The position numbers were made by a program, and so were the translations under genes. The notes beneath the pieces were generated by a model that had not been told where the DNA came from, searched no databases, and saw only the letters and a program-made list of their open reading frames with translations. From Nageia nagi (lineage: Eukaryota > Plantae > Pinophyta), in NCBI GenBank assembly GCA_050084985.1, contig JBITNC010000002.1, positions 9,114,001 to 9,178,000 on the forward strand: a stretch of 64,000 nt of DNA, given 5' to 3'. Positions 23,617-38,574 of this stretch are shown here, piece after piece. Each line of letters begins with the position of its first letter. Position 1 is the stretch's first letter.

Positions 23617-25695
23617 TGGTATTAGAGCTTAGGCTACTTCTTGTTAGAGAGCATCATGGCCCACACCAATAACACTTTCCCATTTGAAAGTTCAATGGTC
23701 ATGATTGTGACTTACAGGATATTAAAATGAAGACATTGATGTTTGGGAAGTACCTTTGGGAAATCATTGAAAATGGTTGTATAGATGTTGACAATTAGGT
23801 TGTTATTACATAAAATGATAGGCAAACAAAGAGCAAAGCTATGAGGAACTAGTTGCAAAATTGCTTAGAAAGTTTGTAGAGCTTTGTAAGAGGCTTAACA
23901 AGGCACTAAGTAAGTCAAAATTGGCAAGCTACAAACATTGAATAGGGAATTTGAAAATCTCAAAATGTAAGGAGAAAATGTTAGTGAATATTATGTACAT
24001 GTGAAAGAAAGAGGTCAATAAGATGACCACTATTGATAAAACAATGGAGAACATAGTTATAGTGAATAAAGTGTTAAGAACTCTCATAGTTATAGTGAAT
24101 AAAGTGTTAAGAACACTCATTCGTAGGTGGAATCATGTAGCCATTATCATAAAGGAAAGCAAAGATCTAATCACCTTGGAGTTTAATAATTTAGTGGGCT
24201 CTCTCATGTCTCGTGAGGAGAGGCTCAAGGAGACTTTTAATGTGGTTGATAAGAAGACATTTTCATCAAAAGTAAGAGTTTCTTAACACTTAGTAGGTTT
24301 TATCATGGAGTTAATAGTAGTGGTGGAGGTCAATCACAAGGCCAACATCAAACTTCTTTTAGAGAAGAGGATGTGGAGTTTCTCTTGGTGGAAGAGGTAG
24401 AGATAGATGTGACAAAATAAATGTACAAGATTATCATTGCAAGAGGTATGTTTATAATGAAAGAGACTTTAAACTTAAAGTTGTTAGTGAAGGAAAAGGG
24501 CCCACTATGCTAATAAGAATAAGACTACTACAAGAAACCTATTCTATATTGCAATGAATTTGCAAGATCTAATATCTTGATTTGAGTTGCTTCAATCATG
24601 TGATTGGCAATAAGGACTTGTTTTCTTCATTAGATATCATTTTTAAGATTATGATCAGATTGGGTGATCACATATATTTGAAGGTTGTTGCCAAAGGTGT
24701 GATGGTCATCTCCATAATAATAAGCACATAAATAATATTTATTATATACTTGATTTAAAACATAATATGCTAAGTATAGGGAATCTATGTGAAAAGAATG
24801 ATAAGGTTGTCTTTGATCACAAGCAATGTATTATCCATGATAAAATCCATGGGAATAGAATTGTTACCATACTTCCCATGCATAATAATAGAATGTCCCC
24901 ACTAAAGTTTGGAGGATAAAGTTGCTTAGTAAATATAACTTATGAAGGTAAAAGTTGGTTTTACTATATTAGCTATGACCACCTAAATTTTTTAAGCTTA
25001 AGATCTCTAACTTCCCAAGAGCTTATGTATGATTTTCTTAAGGTGGATGTTCATAACTTATGTCAAGGTTATACATTAGGTGAACAAGAAAGGGGGAAAT
25101 TTACTTAAGAGAAAGCATCAATGGCCTCATACATACTTCAACTTGTGCATAATGATATATGTGGTCCCATGAAAACTAAGAGTCTTAGTTAATATTCTTC
25201 TTTTCATACATTTATTGATGATGTTTCTACAATGTATTGGGTTTTATTTTTGAAGTAGGAAGATGAAGCATTTACATTTTAAGGGGTTTGAAGCCTTTGT
25301 TGAGAATCGAAGTTGGTACAAGATTATTTGTTTAAGGATTTATTGTAGGGGTTAGTTTTTCTCAAATGAATCTTTGTAGTTTCGTGTGGATTATGACATC
25401 AAAAGGAAACTTATGACTACCTATACCCCTTAACAAAATGGAGTTGTAGATAGAAAAATAGGAGTATTATGGATATGAATAGAAGCATGTTGTGAACTAA
25501 AGGGTTAAGTAACATTTATTAGGTTAATGTAGTTCACATAATGATGTAGTTTCTCAATAGAATTCCTACAAGTAATTTCGAGAAGATGATACCTTACAAA
25601 GCATGGTATGGAAAGAAACCTAATGTTAATCATTTCAAGGATTTTGGTTGTTTAGATTATGCTCATGTGGTTGGTGAATTTAGTTCTAAAGATAT
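23617..25695 (+). mobile_element. Highly degenerate Copia fragment (PBS, gag, PR, INT)
   Basis: PBS TGGTATTAGAGC 23617-23628; LWEIIENG-type gag; KVLRTL; LVHNDICGPM; HFKDFGC..YAHV. Includes a 33-bp in-frame duplication at ~24052-24120. Confidence 0.75.
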
Positions 25696-26619
25696 TAGAA
25701 GGAGAGAATTCCAGTCTTTAACCAAAGAGGAATTATCAATAAAAATTGATAACTAGCGAACTTCTTGAAAAACAAATTATAACTTGTTCCATAATGAGCT
25801 AGACTTAACAAACTAAATGATAAGGAAAAGATATCAAACTCGAGAAGAAAAAATGGGAAAAGGTAGGAGTGAACCAACGAAGGGATTTTTTGAAGGTTCT
25901 AGAGTGGAGTTTCAACGACACAAGCCCATGAACGGAGGGCGAGGTCACATGATCGGGGGAATTAAAGGAGGCAAGGATGGCCCACTATCTCAATAGAAGG
26001 TGTTAGAGCAGGGAAACTGATCCTACTATTAGGTGCTTTAGGGATCAATAATTAAGGAACTTTTGAAGAACCAAGAGGATTAGCCTTCTTGGGACCTAGT
26101 TAAGAAATCAACTTTTATGTGCAAAAAGGTTGAGCACTAGATCCTGCCTCCACTTTGCTTTGGAGTGTTTACACTTTTAGGTTTGGTAGAGTTACCTCCT
26201 TTCCTCCCTTTACCCCCTTCTTTCCCTACTTCTACTGTTACCCTTTCATTTGCAATTAGTTTAGAGTTCAACATATCATTTTCTATCTAATTCTTCATTT
26301 TCTTGATGTTGTTTCCCTTTGATTGTCAAACTTATTTCAACTTTGATCCCACATACTGATGAATTTCATAAATTTCCTCCTTAATGGTGTCCTCCATCCC
26401 TATAAATTTTGTTTTAGCATTGTTATCCATGAGGGGGAGGATTGCTCCAATATTTTGGGTATCCAAAACTATAGTAGGAGAGTCCCTTATGTCTCTGGTT
26501 TTGCTATTTCTCAGGACCTCAATATATGTTGATGAATCCTCCTTAAACCCATTCCTCAGATCTAGGTCCTTCCTTAGGGTTTGGTGACTTGAGATACTCG
26601 ACCATTGCCCACTATTTTA

Positions 26620-27185
26620 GACCTATGATACCCGACCATTATCTTGCAAACTTACCTACTAGGCATCTTTGCAATGCCTCCAAGTTTTCCTCTAAGTTGT
26701 ACTTGAGAAGTGGATATCATCAAATGAGGATCAAGGAGGAGGATATTTGGAAAATAAGCTTTAAGATAATAAATTCCTATTTGAATGGCTTGTTTTGTCA
26801 TTTGGTTTTTGTAATGCACCAACCACTTTTATGAGGGTAATGAATGAATTCCTTAGACTTTATATTGATTCTTTTATTGTTGTTTGCTTGGATTATATTC
26901 TTGTGAATGTTCATATTTGGGAGGATTATTTGGTACATGTTATACATGTGCTTCAAAGTTTACAAAAAGAAAAGCTTTTATTAAAAATGAGTAAGTGTGA
27001 TCTTGGTAAGTACACTTTGATGTATTTATGACATATTGTTGGTGGAGGAAAACATAAAATAGATCTTTAAAAAGTTAGAGCCATTGTTGAGTGGCCAAGG
27101 CCAAGAAATGTGACCTAAATAAGAAGTTTCTTATAGGTTATTCAATACATTAGGAAGTTTATTGCTTACTTTTCTAATAGTATTT
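26620..27185 (+). pseudogene. Gypsy RT fragment
   Basis: KLYLRSGYHQMRIKEEDIWK, MSFGFCNAPTTFMRVMN, VCLDYIL (decayed YLDD), EWPRPRNV. Confidence 0.8.
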
Positions 27186-27810
27186 TTCCTTGTAATGAAA
27201 TTCAATCGTGTAAGTATTGAGAGTGTTCTAAACCCACTCCTCAAATGTTTTAGCCCAAGGTAGTGTAGATGTTATCAAGTAAATTATGATTTTCTTATTC
27301 CACCTAACTTTAGGAATTACAATATTAGTGGCAAACTCAAGTTATTTAATAATCCAATTATAGAATAGTTATAGGAATTCAACCTAGAAGTATGTGTATC
27401 TTTCATCACCACACATAATTTATCTTATTTTTAATTTGCTAAATCTTATCTTCTTTATTACCCACTTCTCAAATTGGTTTATTTATTTTAAAAACTATAT
27501 TTGAATAAATATTTAAGTTTAAATGGTATTATTTTGTAATTTTCATCCAACATCCATAAATGTCCCATCCTCTATCTCTAAGATTCCTAGCAATATAACT
27601 ATTTACCAACTAAATTATCAAAAGGAATTTCAATTGTTAAGTTCCTTCCTACAAATTAGGATACAAGTAACTTATAAAGGTAAAATGAGAATGCAATGTT
27701 AACATTTAAAAGAGTTTGAACACTTAGCAAATTTGAACTAATGGGGGGTATGATTTGTATCAGTAATAACATTGTATACAATACCTAAAAGGTCTTGCCA
27801 ATATTACATA

Positions 27811-27910
27811 CAAGGTTCATTCTAAGAAAAAAAAATTGAATTATATAAACAAAGACTATTCAAGGTTCATTCTAAGAAAAAAAAATTGAATTATATAAAC
27901 AAAGACTATT
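27811..27910. repeat. Perfect 50-bp tandem duplication
   Basis: CAAGGTTCATTCTAAG...CAAAGACTATT twice. Confidence 0.9.
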
Positions 27911-28337
27911 CTGATTCACTTCCAATTACATAGAAGTGTATATTGTAAAAATGGTGATTCCTAAAAACAAAAATTTCATAAATATAGCATTGATAACAAT
28001 TCATATCATTGCAAGCATCAACATTAACAACAACAACAACGACAACAATAATAACATTGATAACAATTATTTCTTATAATATTAATATATATTTCATGCA
28101 ATTTACTTTATTACTTTTATTATAAAAATTAGTTTTAAATATTTTAACATTATTGATTGACCATTGAAATAATCTCTTAACCTTAAATTTTGATAAAAAT
28201 ACAAATATACCCTCCATTAAAATGATAAGAGAACCTTAATGATGTTACAATTGTAATTCGTACACTTGGAGTTTCTTATACCAAAGCAACTAGAAAAATT
28301 TCTTCAAAGATCATGATAGTTTATTCAAGAGAAATTT

Positions 28338-28792
28338 GGGAAAATACCTCAATAAGTTAATAAAATTACAAAATACCTCTCAATCTTTGAAAATTACATA
28401 AATTTCTTTCAAAGTTTTTAAAATTACAAAATACACCTACTTTTTTTCTTGCATCTGGAACATTATTTATTTAATGTGGTATATAACTTCATCATGAAAT
28501 ACCAATTAGAATACTCTTACTTTTTTTCAAAATAATTTAAAATTGTATTAATTTAAAAGTTTATAATAATTTAAAATTTTATAACACTTAAATTTTTTAT
28601 AATAATTAAATTTATAACTTAAAACTTTATAATACGTAAAAGTTTTATAATAATTAAATTTTTTATATTAATTTAAAATTTTACAATGTTCCAAAGCAAG
28701 AAAAAAGTAAAGATATTCTTGTACTTTTGAAAACTTTCAAAAATATTTTTGTAATTTCCAAATATTGAAAAGTATTTTTGTAATTATTCAAA
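28338..28792. mobile_element. Mutator-like foldback MITE, right end eroded
   Basis: Starts GGGAAAATACC; ~110-bp inverted repeats (~28355-28465 vs ~28684-28792); AT-rich core. Confidence 0.6.
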
Positions 28793-29898
28793 TATCACAC
28801 ACAACACTTTACATTTTATTTAACACCAGTTAATTACATTCTCTAAGGTATGGACCTTTAATAAAAATAACAACAATAAAATTAATATTAACTTAACCTT
28901 CTTTAGATCTACACTCAGTAAATGTTTTGATCAAATGATTCATAAGCCTTATGTATTCTTCCACATTCTGCATACATATCTTAGGGCCTTTTAAAAAAAA
29001 TGAATATTTAAAATAATAAGTTACAAAAGCTTAATCGTCTACATAGAAATTGAATCTACTTCTAGCATTCTATCTATTTGACACTTACATCTATTAGATT
29101 GCTAGTATATTTAATAAAATAATATAATTTGAGGGAGAAAGTAAATTTCTAAATAATATCTATATAATCACACGTTATATTATGAGTTTGTCTTAGGGGA
29201 CAAAGGAAGAGGAATATTAAGCTATATCATTTTGAGAGACAAATCCATTAGTTGGAGATCTTATAGATAAATTTTTCTTTAGATGCTTAGAAGGCACATA
29301 TTCGTATAGGATATTTAGATATTCACATCCTATTTATCTACTTTCACTTAGTAATAACAATTTTATGCCTAATCCTTCATTACATGGCATATCATGACGA
29401 GGTTTCTATAAATTAGTAGGAGACAAGGGATTATGATAGTAGATTCACAATACTCAAGAGATGGATTGTTAAGGGATCCTAATAAATTATGTCGAGGACG
29501 TATTCCATGTAATATAATGGATAATAAGTTCTTAATTAGGAGGTCCTTACTGTATTTTATAAGAGGGATGCTAAAGATGAGAGAGACTAGTATAATTAAG
29601 TTTACATCATCAATAATGACATCATCAATTGCATTTAACTATAATATTACATAATTTTATTTAAATTTTTAATTTATCCTAGTAGGATAAAAAAAGTAAA
29701 AAAATATTATTTTATTCAAATATAGAAAACTTATATATTTACAATTTAGATTTTTTTAAATTATTTAATGGTATTTTTTTTATCTAATTCACATGTATAT
29801 CATCGAATGATCCTTATATCATGTGTACAATCATAAAGTATCTTGAGGAAGTAAATTTGTTTATAGATCATTAATACAAATAGATTATGGAAGAACAT

Positions 29899-29903
<5 letters not shown>

Positions 29904-29943
<40 letters not shown>
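29904..29943. repeat. (AT)n microsatellite
   Basis: About 20 AT units. Confidence 0.95.
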
Positions 29944-29945
<2 letters not shown>

Positions 29946-30984
29946 TTCATTATTGTTAGATCTATAAAGACAAATATTAGTTTTATAAATAAAATATTAT
30001 ATATTTGAGGCTACCTATAAGATAAATCTAGTAGATAAAGATTCATTGCATGAGGAGAGGGATTTTGGTTTTTGAGTTAGATCCAATATGGGTAGAATGA
30101 GATATTAATAGTGCAATGAAAATATTTTTTTAGTAATAAATACCATTTTTCTAGCAATAATAAAACATACTTATCAAAATTCATCAATAATTCTAAAATA
30201 AGATAGAGTTATTTTTATGTTAAATATAAAATATTTGTAATCAATAACTCATATTAATTATATATTATTTATCTTATGTAATTATATCATAGGCATGAAA
30301 TACCTTGTACATCAAATTTTATAGATTACAACATTTATAAATTACTTTATTCAAAATTTTATATCAATGTTATCTCCATTGCTAAATTGTTCTATAATCA
30401 ATAAGTGTATACGTAAGAAAATATGAATTAAATGAGGAAATAGGGTTGATAACTTTTTAATGCTGAATTGGATTTTTAATGGTGTCTTTTGACACCACGA
30501 TAATCAACATAATCCTTGGGGACTTGCTTCTCAGCCTTGGTAGGGATGGTATTAATGAATAAAGGGAGAAGGTTAGTTATAAGGGTCGATAAAGGGTTAT
30601 TCATCAAATTACCTAAGGAAAGGGTTTGTTAAGGGGAAGATGCCAACTATGTAGAAGGTTTATTATTTCGAACCACCACTACTTGAAGCGACTGAGATGC
30701 CCACCCAATCGAAGTAGTTCATGTGTCATATTATGAATCCATTGCAGATTGAGGCTCTATTATATATTAATAAATCTACTTACATTACTATTGAAGGGGA
30801 GAGATATTGCCTACATTATTATTAAAGTAAGGGGATAGCCTTGAACCCTAGTGGGTATGAGTGACTTTCCATTTTTAGTATTATTATTCTTTAAGGTGCC
30901 ATTAATGCAATGGATCGATGATGAGATTGGCATAAATGGATTAGAGATAACCTTAAAATAATAATAGTAGGGGCATTAAAATAA

Positions 30985-31627
30985 AGAAAAATATCCAAAA
31001 TGCCCCTATAATTTCACATAATATCAAAAATACCCTTACTTTTTTTGAAATAACCAAAATACCCCTCAAGATTCAAAAAAAACAAAAACAAATACTCAAA
31101 TAAATGTGGAATAGGAAAACAACTATTAAATTACAAATAATATAGTTTATATGATATAATATATATAAACTATTAATAAAATATAAATATATACAATTTA
31201 AATTAACAAAAATAAAATATAACAAAATATTTAATACATTTTCATGTACATAATTTGTAAAATACATTTATAGTTTAATAAAGTATTTCCTAAATTTAAT
31301 AATTTCACATAATGTTTATAAATTGTATTTATAATGGTATTTTTATAAATTGTATTTACAAGAATACATTTTTAAAATAGTTAAACTATTTTTCATGTAT
31401 TTTGGAAGGATAATATAAAAATATCCTTGTAAAATATCGTCATAATTTTGTGTAATATCAAAAATACCCTTGTAATTTTATAGTTTAATAGAAGTTTTCT
31501 TATTCCATATTTATTCATGTAATTTTTTCTCTTTATTTTTATTTCTAAGGCTATTTTTGATATTTTAAAAAGGTAGGAGTATTTTTGATACTATGTGAAA
31601 TTATGAAGGTATTTTGGATATTTTCCC
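30985..31627. mobile_element. Mutator (MULE)-type MITE
   Basis: Long TIRs AGAAAAATATCCAAAAT... / ...ATTTTGGATATTTTCCC; 9-bp TSD TTAAAATAA (30976-30984 / 31628-31636). Confidence 0.85.
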
Positions 31628-34365
31628 TTAAAATAATTAATAGAAAGGGCATCAACCATAGGATTGAGCTCAACCAAGAACCCTAAATGCAATTATCAAT
31701 GTTTGGATTCCTCATGCATCCACCCCTCCTTGGGAAATGCACCCATTCTGACCTAGTATAAAAGGTAAAAATGGTCATGCTTTCTAAATAACTAGTAAAT
31801 GGAGACCATTTGGTCCTACACGATCCACAAAATCAACGACTACTACTTGATGAATAGCAAGTAGCCTATTCATAGGAGATTCAATACTGGGTGGGATGAA
31901 TAGTCATTGATTTTCAAAAACATTATTTGTAAAAAATGTTTTAAAAATCTAAAAACCTTTGAACAATATGAGTATCAAATTTCAACCCTCCATAGGGTGG
32001 AAAACCCTGGATAAAAAGTGAAATATATACATAGATACATATAATAAATAATAATTAGTTTATATAAAAAAATATTATGAAAGTAAATTATTTTTAAAAA
32101 TAAAATATTGTATAATTAATTTTTTATCATTCTTGAATTAAATTATAATATAATTTTAATGAATTATGATGTATTTTTTATGAGATGCCTCAGTTGTTAG
32201 TTGAGTTGGTCATGTGTTGACCTTGCTACACCTTGTGTCCTATATACAATTCCCACTATGAGACATACATCTTATGTATTGGTCTACTACAGTCATCTCA
32301 TAAATCGTTATTGGTCTTTTGCAAACGTTAATATACTTTCTTTCTTCCTTTCTTAGAATTTGTATATATTTTTGTAATTTATAATATATACTTGTATATA
32401 TTTTTGTAATTTATAATTTATCTCCTTGATAAGGAATTGAAGTGTGCATTTATCTATTTTATTTTGGATGAATTAACTTCTTTGATTTAGGAGGATTTTG
32501 AGTAAGCCAACTAGATACAATGCTAACCACATTTATACCATCATTATATCCTAATCATATTCTAACATGGTGCCTTATGAGGGAATACAATAATATGATA
32601 AATAATGGATTCTGGAGTTATAGTTGCCACCTTGAAAATCATAAGGCTTAGTGGATTTGACACACAAACGATCAAGATGGAAAGACTTATAAACAAATAG
32701 TGCAATTGGATTTTTTAGATGATATTCGATTCCTAATGAATTTTGATGATGTTACTCTGTCCTTCTAACATGTGTGTCATGTGTTATAGGTCCACTCTAG
32801 AAATATCATGTGAATTGGAGTTATCTTTAGTGGGTTTTCCAATTTCTAATACAATCTTATTGATACCTCAAAGGTTTTATTTCTATCACTTCTAAGTGTT
32901 CATGCAAGGAGGCAAAAACTCTTTGATCATTCTAGGGATATGGTTAATGGCAAAGATGATAATGGGGAAAAGAGAGAACCTAGGTTTAGGGTGTATCTTA
33001 GCTATTAATTAGAGAAAATGATAAAGCCTAGGTTTAGACAATTATGTAAAAGTGTAAATTGCAATGTGAATTGAGAAATTTACTGTCAAAAAGTGATGAT
33101 GAATTTGTTGAAGAATATTTAGGGATAGGCCAAATGCATGTGCCTCTTATGTGTGATTAATAAATCGAATGCATAACTCATTTATTGGAAATTAAAAACT
33201 ACTATTGTATCTTTACATGTGAAAAGTGGTCAATAATTTGATCTTTTCATCTTGACTTTTTTAATATAGTTTTAGTACTTTTAATAAAAATGGCAACTCT
33301 TGAAAAGGAACCGTAATTTATTTTATTATTTTTACACATAGAACAAGAAGTATCTAAGAAATTCAATGTTATTTTGTGAATTTTCCATGAGATTTTCAAA
33401 CTTGTATAGTTCCATTAATCTAATTAGAGAGAACTTTCCAAAATATGATACATTCAACAACCATCCTAACTTTTAGGATTTTCAAAATTACATAGGGATT
33501 TCAGACTTTAGCTTTTACTAATTTCTAAATTTTGAGGGAAAAATATAAAAAATATTTATTAAATTTTGGCAATTTCTATAACATAAAAAAGATTAGTTAT
33601 AATATTTAGGTGATTTTTTATGATTAACAATTTTTTATAATAATAGTTTGGCTATTTTAATTTTTACTTTCTTGGAGATGTTTATTTTAATTTTATCTTT
33701 TTTTAAAAATGATTTACATTTTTGGCTATATAACTTAGAACAAATTTGCTATTATAAAATTTTGGTAATTTAGAAAAGCATTCTATTCCTCAAATTATTT
33801 TAGATATCCTAAAAATAGCCTTTTTTCGATGAATCTAGCTTAAAAATAAAGTTGATTACATACAAATACATAATATCTATCCATTATCCCATATCTCTAA
33901 TCTTAGCTCTCATTGCTTTTCCTCAATATATTCTAAGTTCCTTTTTTATACAAGTCTATGACTAGCAAAAAGTCATAATACATCATATTTAGGGTGGTGA
34001 CCTTTCCATGGATAATGATGTTTCTTAACTCTTTGTTAGTATTTTCTAATCATCATTCATTATGCTATAGTGAATCCATTATGTTATTAATTCACTACCC
34101 TTATCATTTAATTTATTTTTTTAATTAATGGGCTGATTTTGTATTAATAAAAAAGTGTGAATTTTATAAGGACCTTCACAAACCTATACATGAAAAGTCC
34201 ACAAATTTCAACTATATACTTCTGCCCATTTGCTGCATTATTATAGTCATAAATTTAAAATAAAACTATCTAAGTTTCTCCACTTAATCTCATTAGCATA
34301 CAATTGCTATTATACTACTAACTCCTAAATACTAGCTAAACAAACTACCTTCCTTGCTAGATACA

Positions 34366-37300
34366 TGATTTGTAAACCTGTATGCTTATAGCATTTACAA
34401 AGTTCTTCACAAAAAATTTAATGATCTTTGATAATTGCTCTTTTTAATTTAATTCTTGAAAATAATGATTATGTGAAATAATGCCAAAGTTAAAAATATT
34501 CAAATTCAAGTGTAAAGAATCTAAAAAAAATAAACCACAAAATCAAAGACTCAAGAATTTACCTTGTTTCACCCAATGTGGGCTAGTCCATCTTGGCTCT
34601 CTTTTCTATTATGGTCTGGATACAATCAGCTTTGTAATATTGCATTTACAATACTTCCCACTACAAGGTCTCTTCACCCAATATTTGAATAATCTACTCT
34701 CTACTCATAACAATTCCAAATTCCTGGAACAAGCAAATAAGAATTACAATGCACACACACTGTCTTCTCTCAAAACTCCCACACCATTAAATCTCACATA
34801 GTATCCTTTTTATATTAATTTAAGGAGCTATATGAAAAAATATTGGTTATAACACATATTTGAAACCAAACCTAGAAAAGCCAAGATCTTACTTTGGCCA
34901 GAAATGTAACCTCAATCTTCCTTTGTCTTCTTCCAAAAATTGCACTAAAAACCAATAATATGCTCTCTAGAAAATATATGGACTATTAAATAAACACCTA
35001 CAAGCTTAACAACATTAACAAACACCTAAAATATACCAAATAAATGCAATTTGTAATTAAATGGGTGGATCCAGTTAAAATGTGCCACTTGGCACCTTGC
35101 AATAAGCGATCAAACTTGAGTTGATTGATGGCTTGAGTGATTGGGTTGGTGGTTTATAAAAGTAGTTTATGGTTAGAATTGATGGTGGTCGGCTCCCCTA
35201 GGCAGCTATCTCCATGCAACCTCCTGTGATTCTACATGGTTCCCTTTTCCACGTTGACTTGGTGGTCAACTCCACCCAAAACTTCCATAATGGCGATGAC
35301 TTGGTGATGGGTCCCACTTAACATGCCTCCCAAATCAAACTTTATAATATTTAATATTTTTTTAACTTGTAATAATAAATACAAATTTACAAAAACTTTG
35401 AAATCACATAGAATGCAAATCAGGTATCGATTTTCAAAATCGTAAGATGTTTCAAAATCATGGAGATGAGTAGAATCCAGTGAGATAAGTTTGATACTGA
35501 ATTGAGATGATTTAAATTTTGGATCACTCCTTCCCACTAAGAGAGATTTTATCCTGAAAAGCTTTAGAATGATAAATTTGAGGAACCCAATTCCCCATCA
35601 TAGGTCCATGTCAATAATGCCTCCATGTATTCCTTGATACTAAAACCAATGGATATTCTAGCATACAATGTGCAAATTTGCATTCAACTAAATCCTATTT
35701 TACCTCATTACCAATTGGTATACCTTATTTTTGCTCTATTTTTGATATTGAAACTTGTGTCCCATCCTTCAGAATAATGAAAATTAAGTTACTTGAAGCA
35801 TTGACCAATATTTTAATTTGTTTAGCTATAATATCATGATTCTTACATTTATGAGATCTAAGAATGTAGACTTTACAATCTTTATCTAATTGTATTCATT
35901 CTTTTTGCATAAGAAAATTGCATCCCTATCTTACAAATATGGGCTACCTAATATAATGCCACAAACATCTAGAGGTACTACATCCAATAAAACCTCATCA
36001 TAAAAATCTGTATTTACCATAAACTTCAACTTACATTATTGAGTGACCTGCATTTGAGCATTCTTGTGCATCCATCCAAGTGGATATGGGTGTGTATGAT
36101 GCCAAGTCTCCAAATCCAAAATTTTCATCAAGTTATCTAAAATTAGATTAACCTATCATCCTAGGTCAAATAAAACATCAATTCAAGTTTTCTTTTGGGA
36201 TTTAATATGAAATAATTGAATTCATTTATCCTCCTCATCTAATTCATGTAAATTCTTAACTCCCATACCAGTCAATTTCTCATCAACATCATATGCATCT
36301 TCAATATCACAAGGTTCATTACTTGTAGAAGCTAAAGCATTCTTATTTCTTGATTTTTCCCAAACCATTTAGATTCTTTTTCAGGATGAAATTTCCAACA
36401 CTTTGCATCAATGTGACCATCTACATTACATTGTGAGCAATGTTCTTTCTCCTTCTTATCATCTTTTTTTAGCCAAAGCATTAACTTGCTTCTTACTTTT
36501 AGGATCTTAATCTCTAAGTCTATCACGAGCCTTAAGGTGTATAACTTGAACACATACTTTGTCTAAATATTTTGCATCAAAAATAAGACTTTTATGCCTC
36601 AAATATGAATGTAAACCACCAATGTATTTATATAAATTTTCTTCACTATCTAATGCAATACTAAGCATATTTGCCTTTTTACGAAATTCTATAGTGTAGT
36701 CTTGTACACTTTGCCCCTTACCTTGAGGTAGATTTTTCCACTCCATGATCATTTTTGGAAAATACCTAGGTGGATAAATTTGATCTTTGATATGATTTAT
36801 AAACTCTATCCATGTAGTGATATTAATATCCACATTAGATCAACTTTCCCACCATAAAAGAGCTGAACTCCCAACTCGAGTTTAGCTAATTGTATATTTG
36901 TCCTATTATCCATAATATCATGAACTCTACAATATAATTCAATTTGCTTAATCCTAAAATCAAGTTTTTTGGCATTAATTTCTCCATCATATGTAGGCAA
37001 ATCAAATTTCACTTCTATCTTAACAGGTGATTTCTTAGAAGTAAATAAAGAATTTTGATCACCTTCATTAGTGTTGTGTCTACCTAAAATCTCTCATTAA
37101 GAATATTTAAATCTTATTTCATTTCACAATTCTTCAATAACTATAGTCATTCTCCCTTTCATGGTTTTGGGAGTCTCAATCTCTCCATAAATATTCCTTT
37201 TGGAATCTTGCCTTTCAAACATTTGCTTTCTCCAAATTCTTTAACCAATTTTTGGATCCTTTGTAGCAAGTTCTCCTTCACATTTCTTTCTTTTAGATAT

Positions 37301-38574
37301 GGTAAGCATAAAATAATATTCCAATCCACCAAATACTTGCAAAATGGATTAGTATATGCTAAATAATCTTATTGCTTTGATACCTACATGATCTTTGAAC
37401 TTGTATGCTTATAGCATTTACAAGGGTCTTCACAACATATTTAATGAGATTTGATAATTATTTTTTTTTTAATTTATTTAATTTCCAAAAATAATTATTG
37501 TTGAAATAATTTTGAATTTAACAATATTCAAATTCAAGTGCAAAGAATCTAAGAAAAATAAACCACAAAATAGAAGACTTAAGAATTTACCCTATTTCAC
37601 CCAATGTGGGCTAGTCCAGCTTGGCTCTCTTTTTTATTGTGGTCTGGATATAAGAAGCTCTATAATATTGCATTTACAATACTTCCCAATACAAGGTATC
37701 TTCTCCCAATATTTGAACAATCTATTCTTTACTCACAACAATTCCAAATTCCTAGAACAAGCAAATAAGAATTACAATGCACACATATTGTATTCTCTTG
37801 AAACTTCCACACCATTAAATCCCATATAGTATCTTTTTTATATTAATTTAAGGAGCTATGTGAAAAAATATTAGTTTTTAACACATATTTGAAACCAGAC
37901 CCAAAAAAGCCAAGAACTTTTTTTGGCCAAAAACATAATCTCAACCTCCCTTTGTCTTCTTCCAAAAATTGCACTAAAAACCAATAATATGCTCTCTAGA
38001 AAATATATGGACTATTAAATAAACACTTATAGGATTAACAACATTAAAAAACATCCAAAATATATCAAATACATGCACTTTGCAATTAAATGGGAAGATC
38101 TAGTTACAATGTGCCACTTGGCACCTTGTAATAGGTGATCAAACTTGAGTTGACCAATGGCTTGAGTGATTGGGTTAGTAGTTTTTTCAAAGTGGTTAGC
38201 AATCATACTTGATGGTTTTTGGCTTCCCCAGGTGGTTATCCCCACATGGACCCCTCTAATTCTATGTGGTCCCCTTTTCCACATTGACTTGGCAATTAAC
38301 TCTGCCCAAAAATTTCACATTGGTTTCCACTTCCATAGTGGTGATGACTTGGCGATGAATACCACTTAACATGCCACCCAAATCAAACTTCATAATATTT
38401 AATATTTTTTTAAATTGTAATAATAAATATAATTTTACAAAAACTTTGATATCACATAGAATGCAAAGCAAGCATCGATTTTCAAAATTGTAAGATGTTC
38501 TAGAATCATGGAGATGAGTAGAATCTAGTGAGATAGGTTTGATACTAAATCGAGATGATCCAAATTTTGGATCA
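34366..38574 (-). mobile_element. Non-autonomous TR-GAG-like LTR element with CRM-type TGAT...ATCA ends
   Basis: LTRs 34366-35526 and 37389-38574; TSD ATACA; minus-strand PBS GGTATCAAAGC ~37374-37384; PPT GGGAAGGAG at 35527-35535. The 1.86-kb interior has gag (KFDLPTYDGEIN, CSQCNVDGHIDAKC) and protease (HPYPLGW, PLDVCGIILGSPYL) only. Confidence 0.88.

Noticed and set aside
29040-29654. Possible Helitron or coding relic
   Set aside because: No Rep/helicase motifs or CTRR terminus identified.
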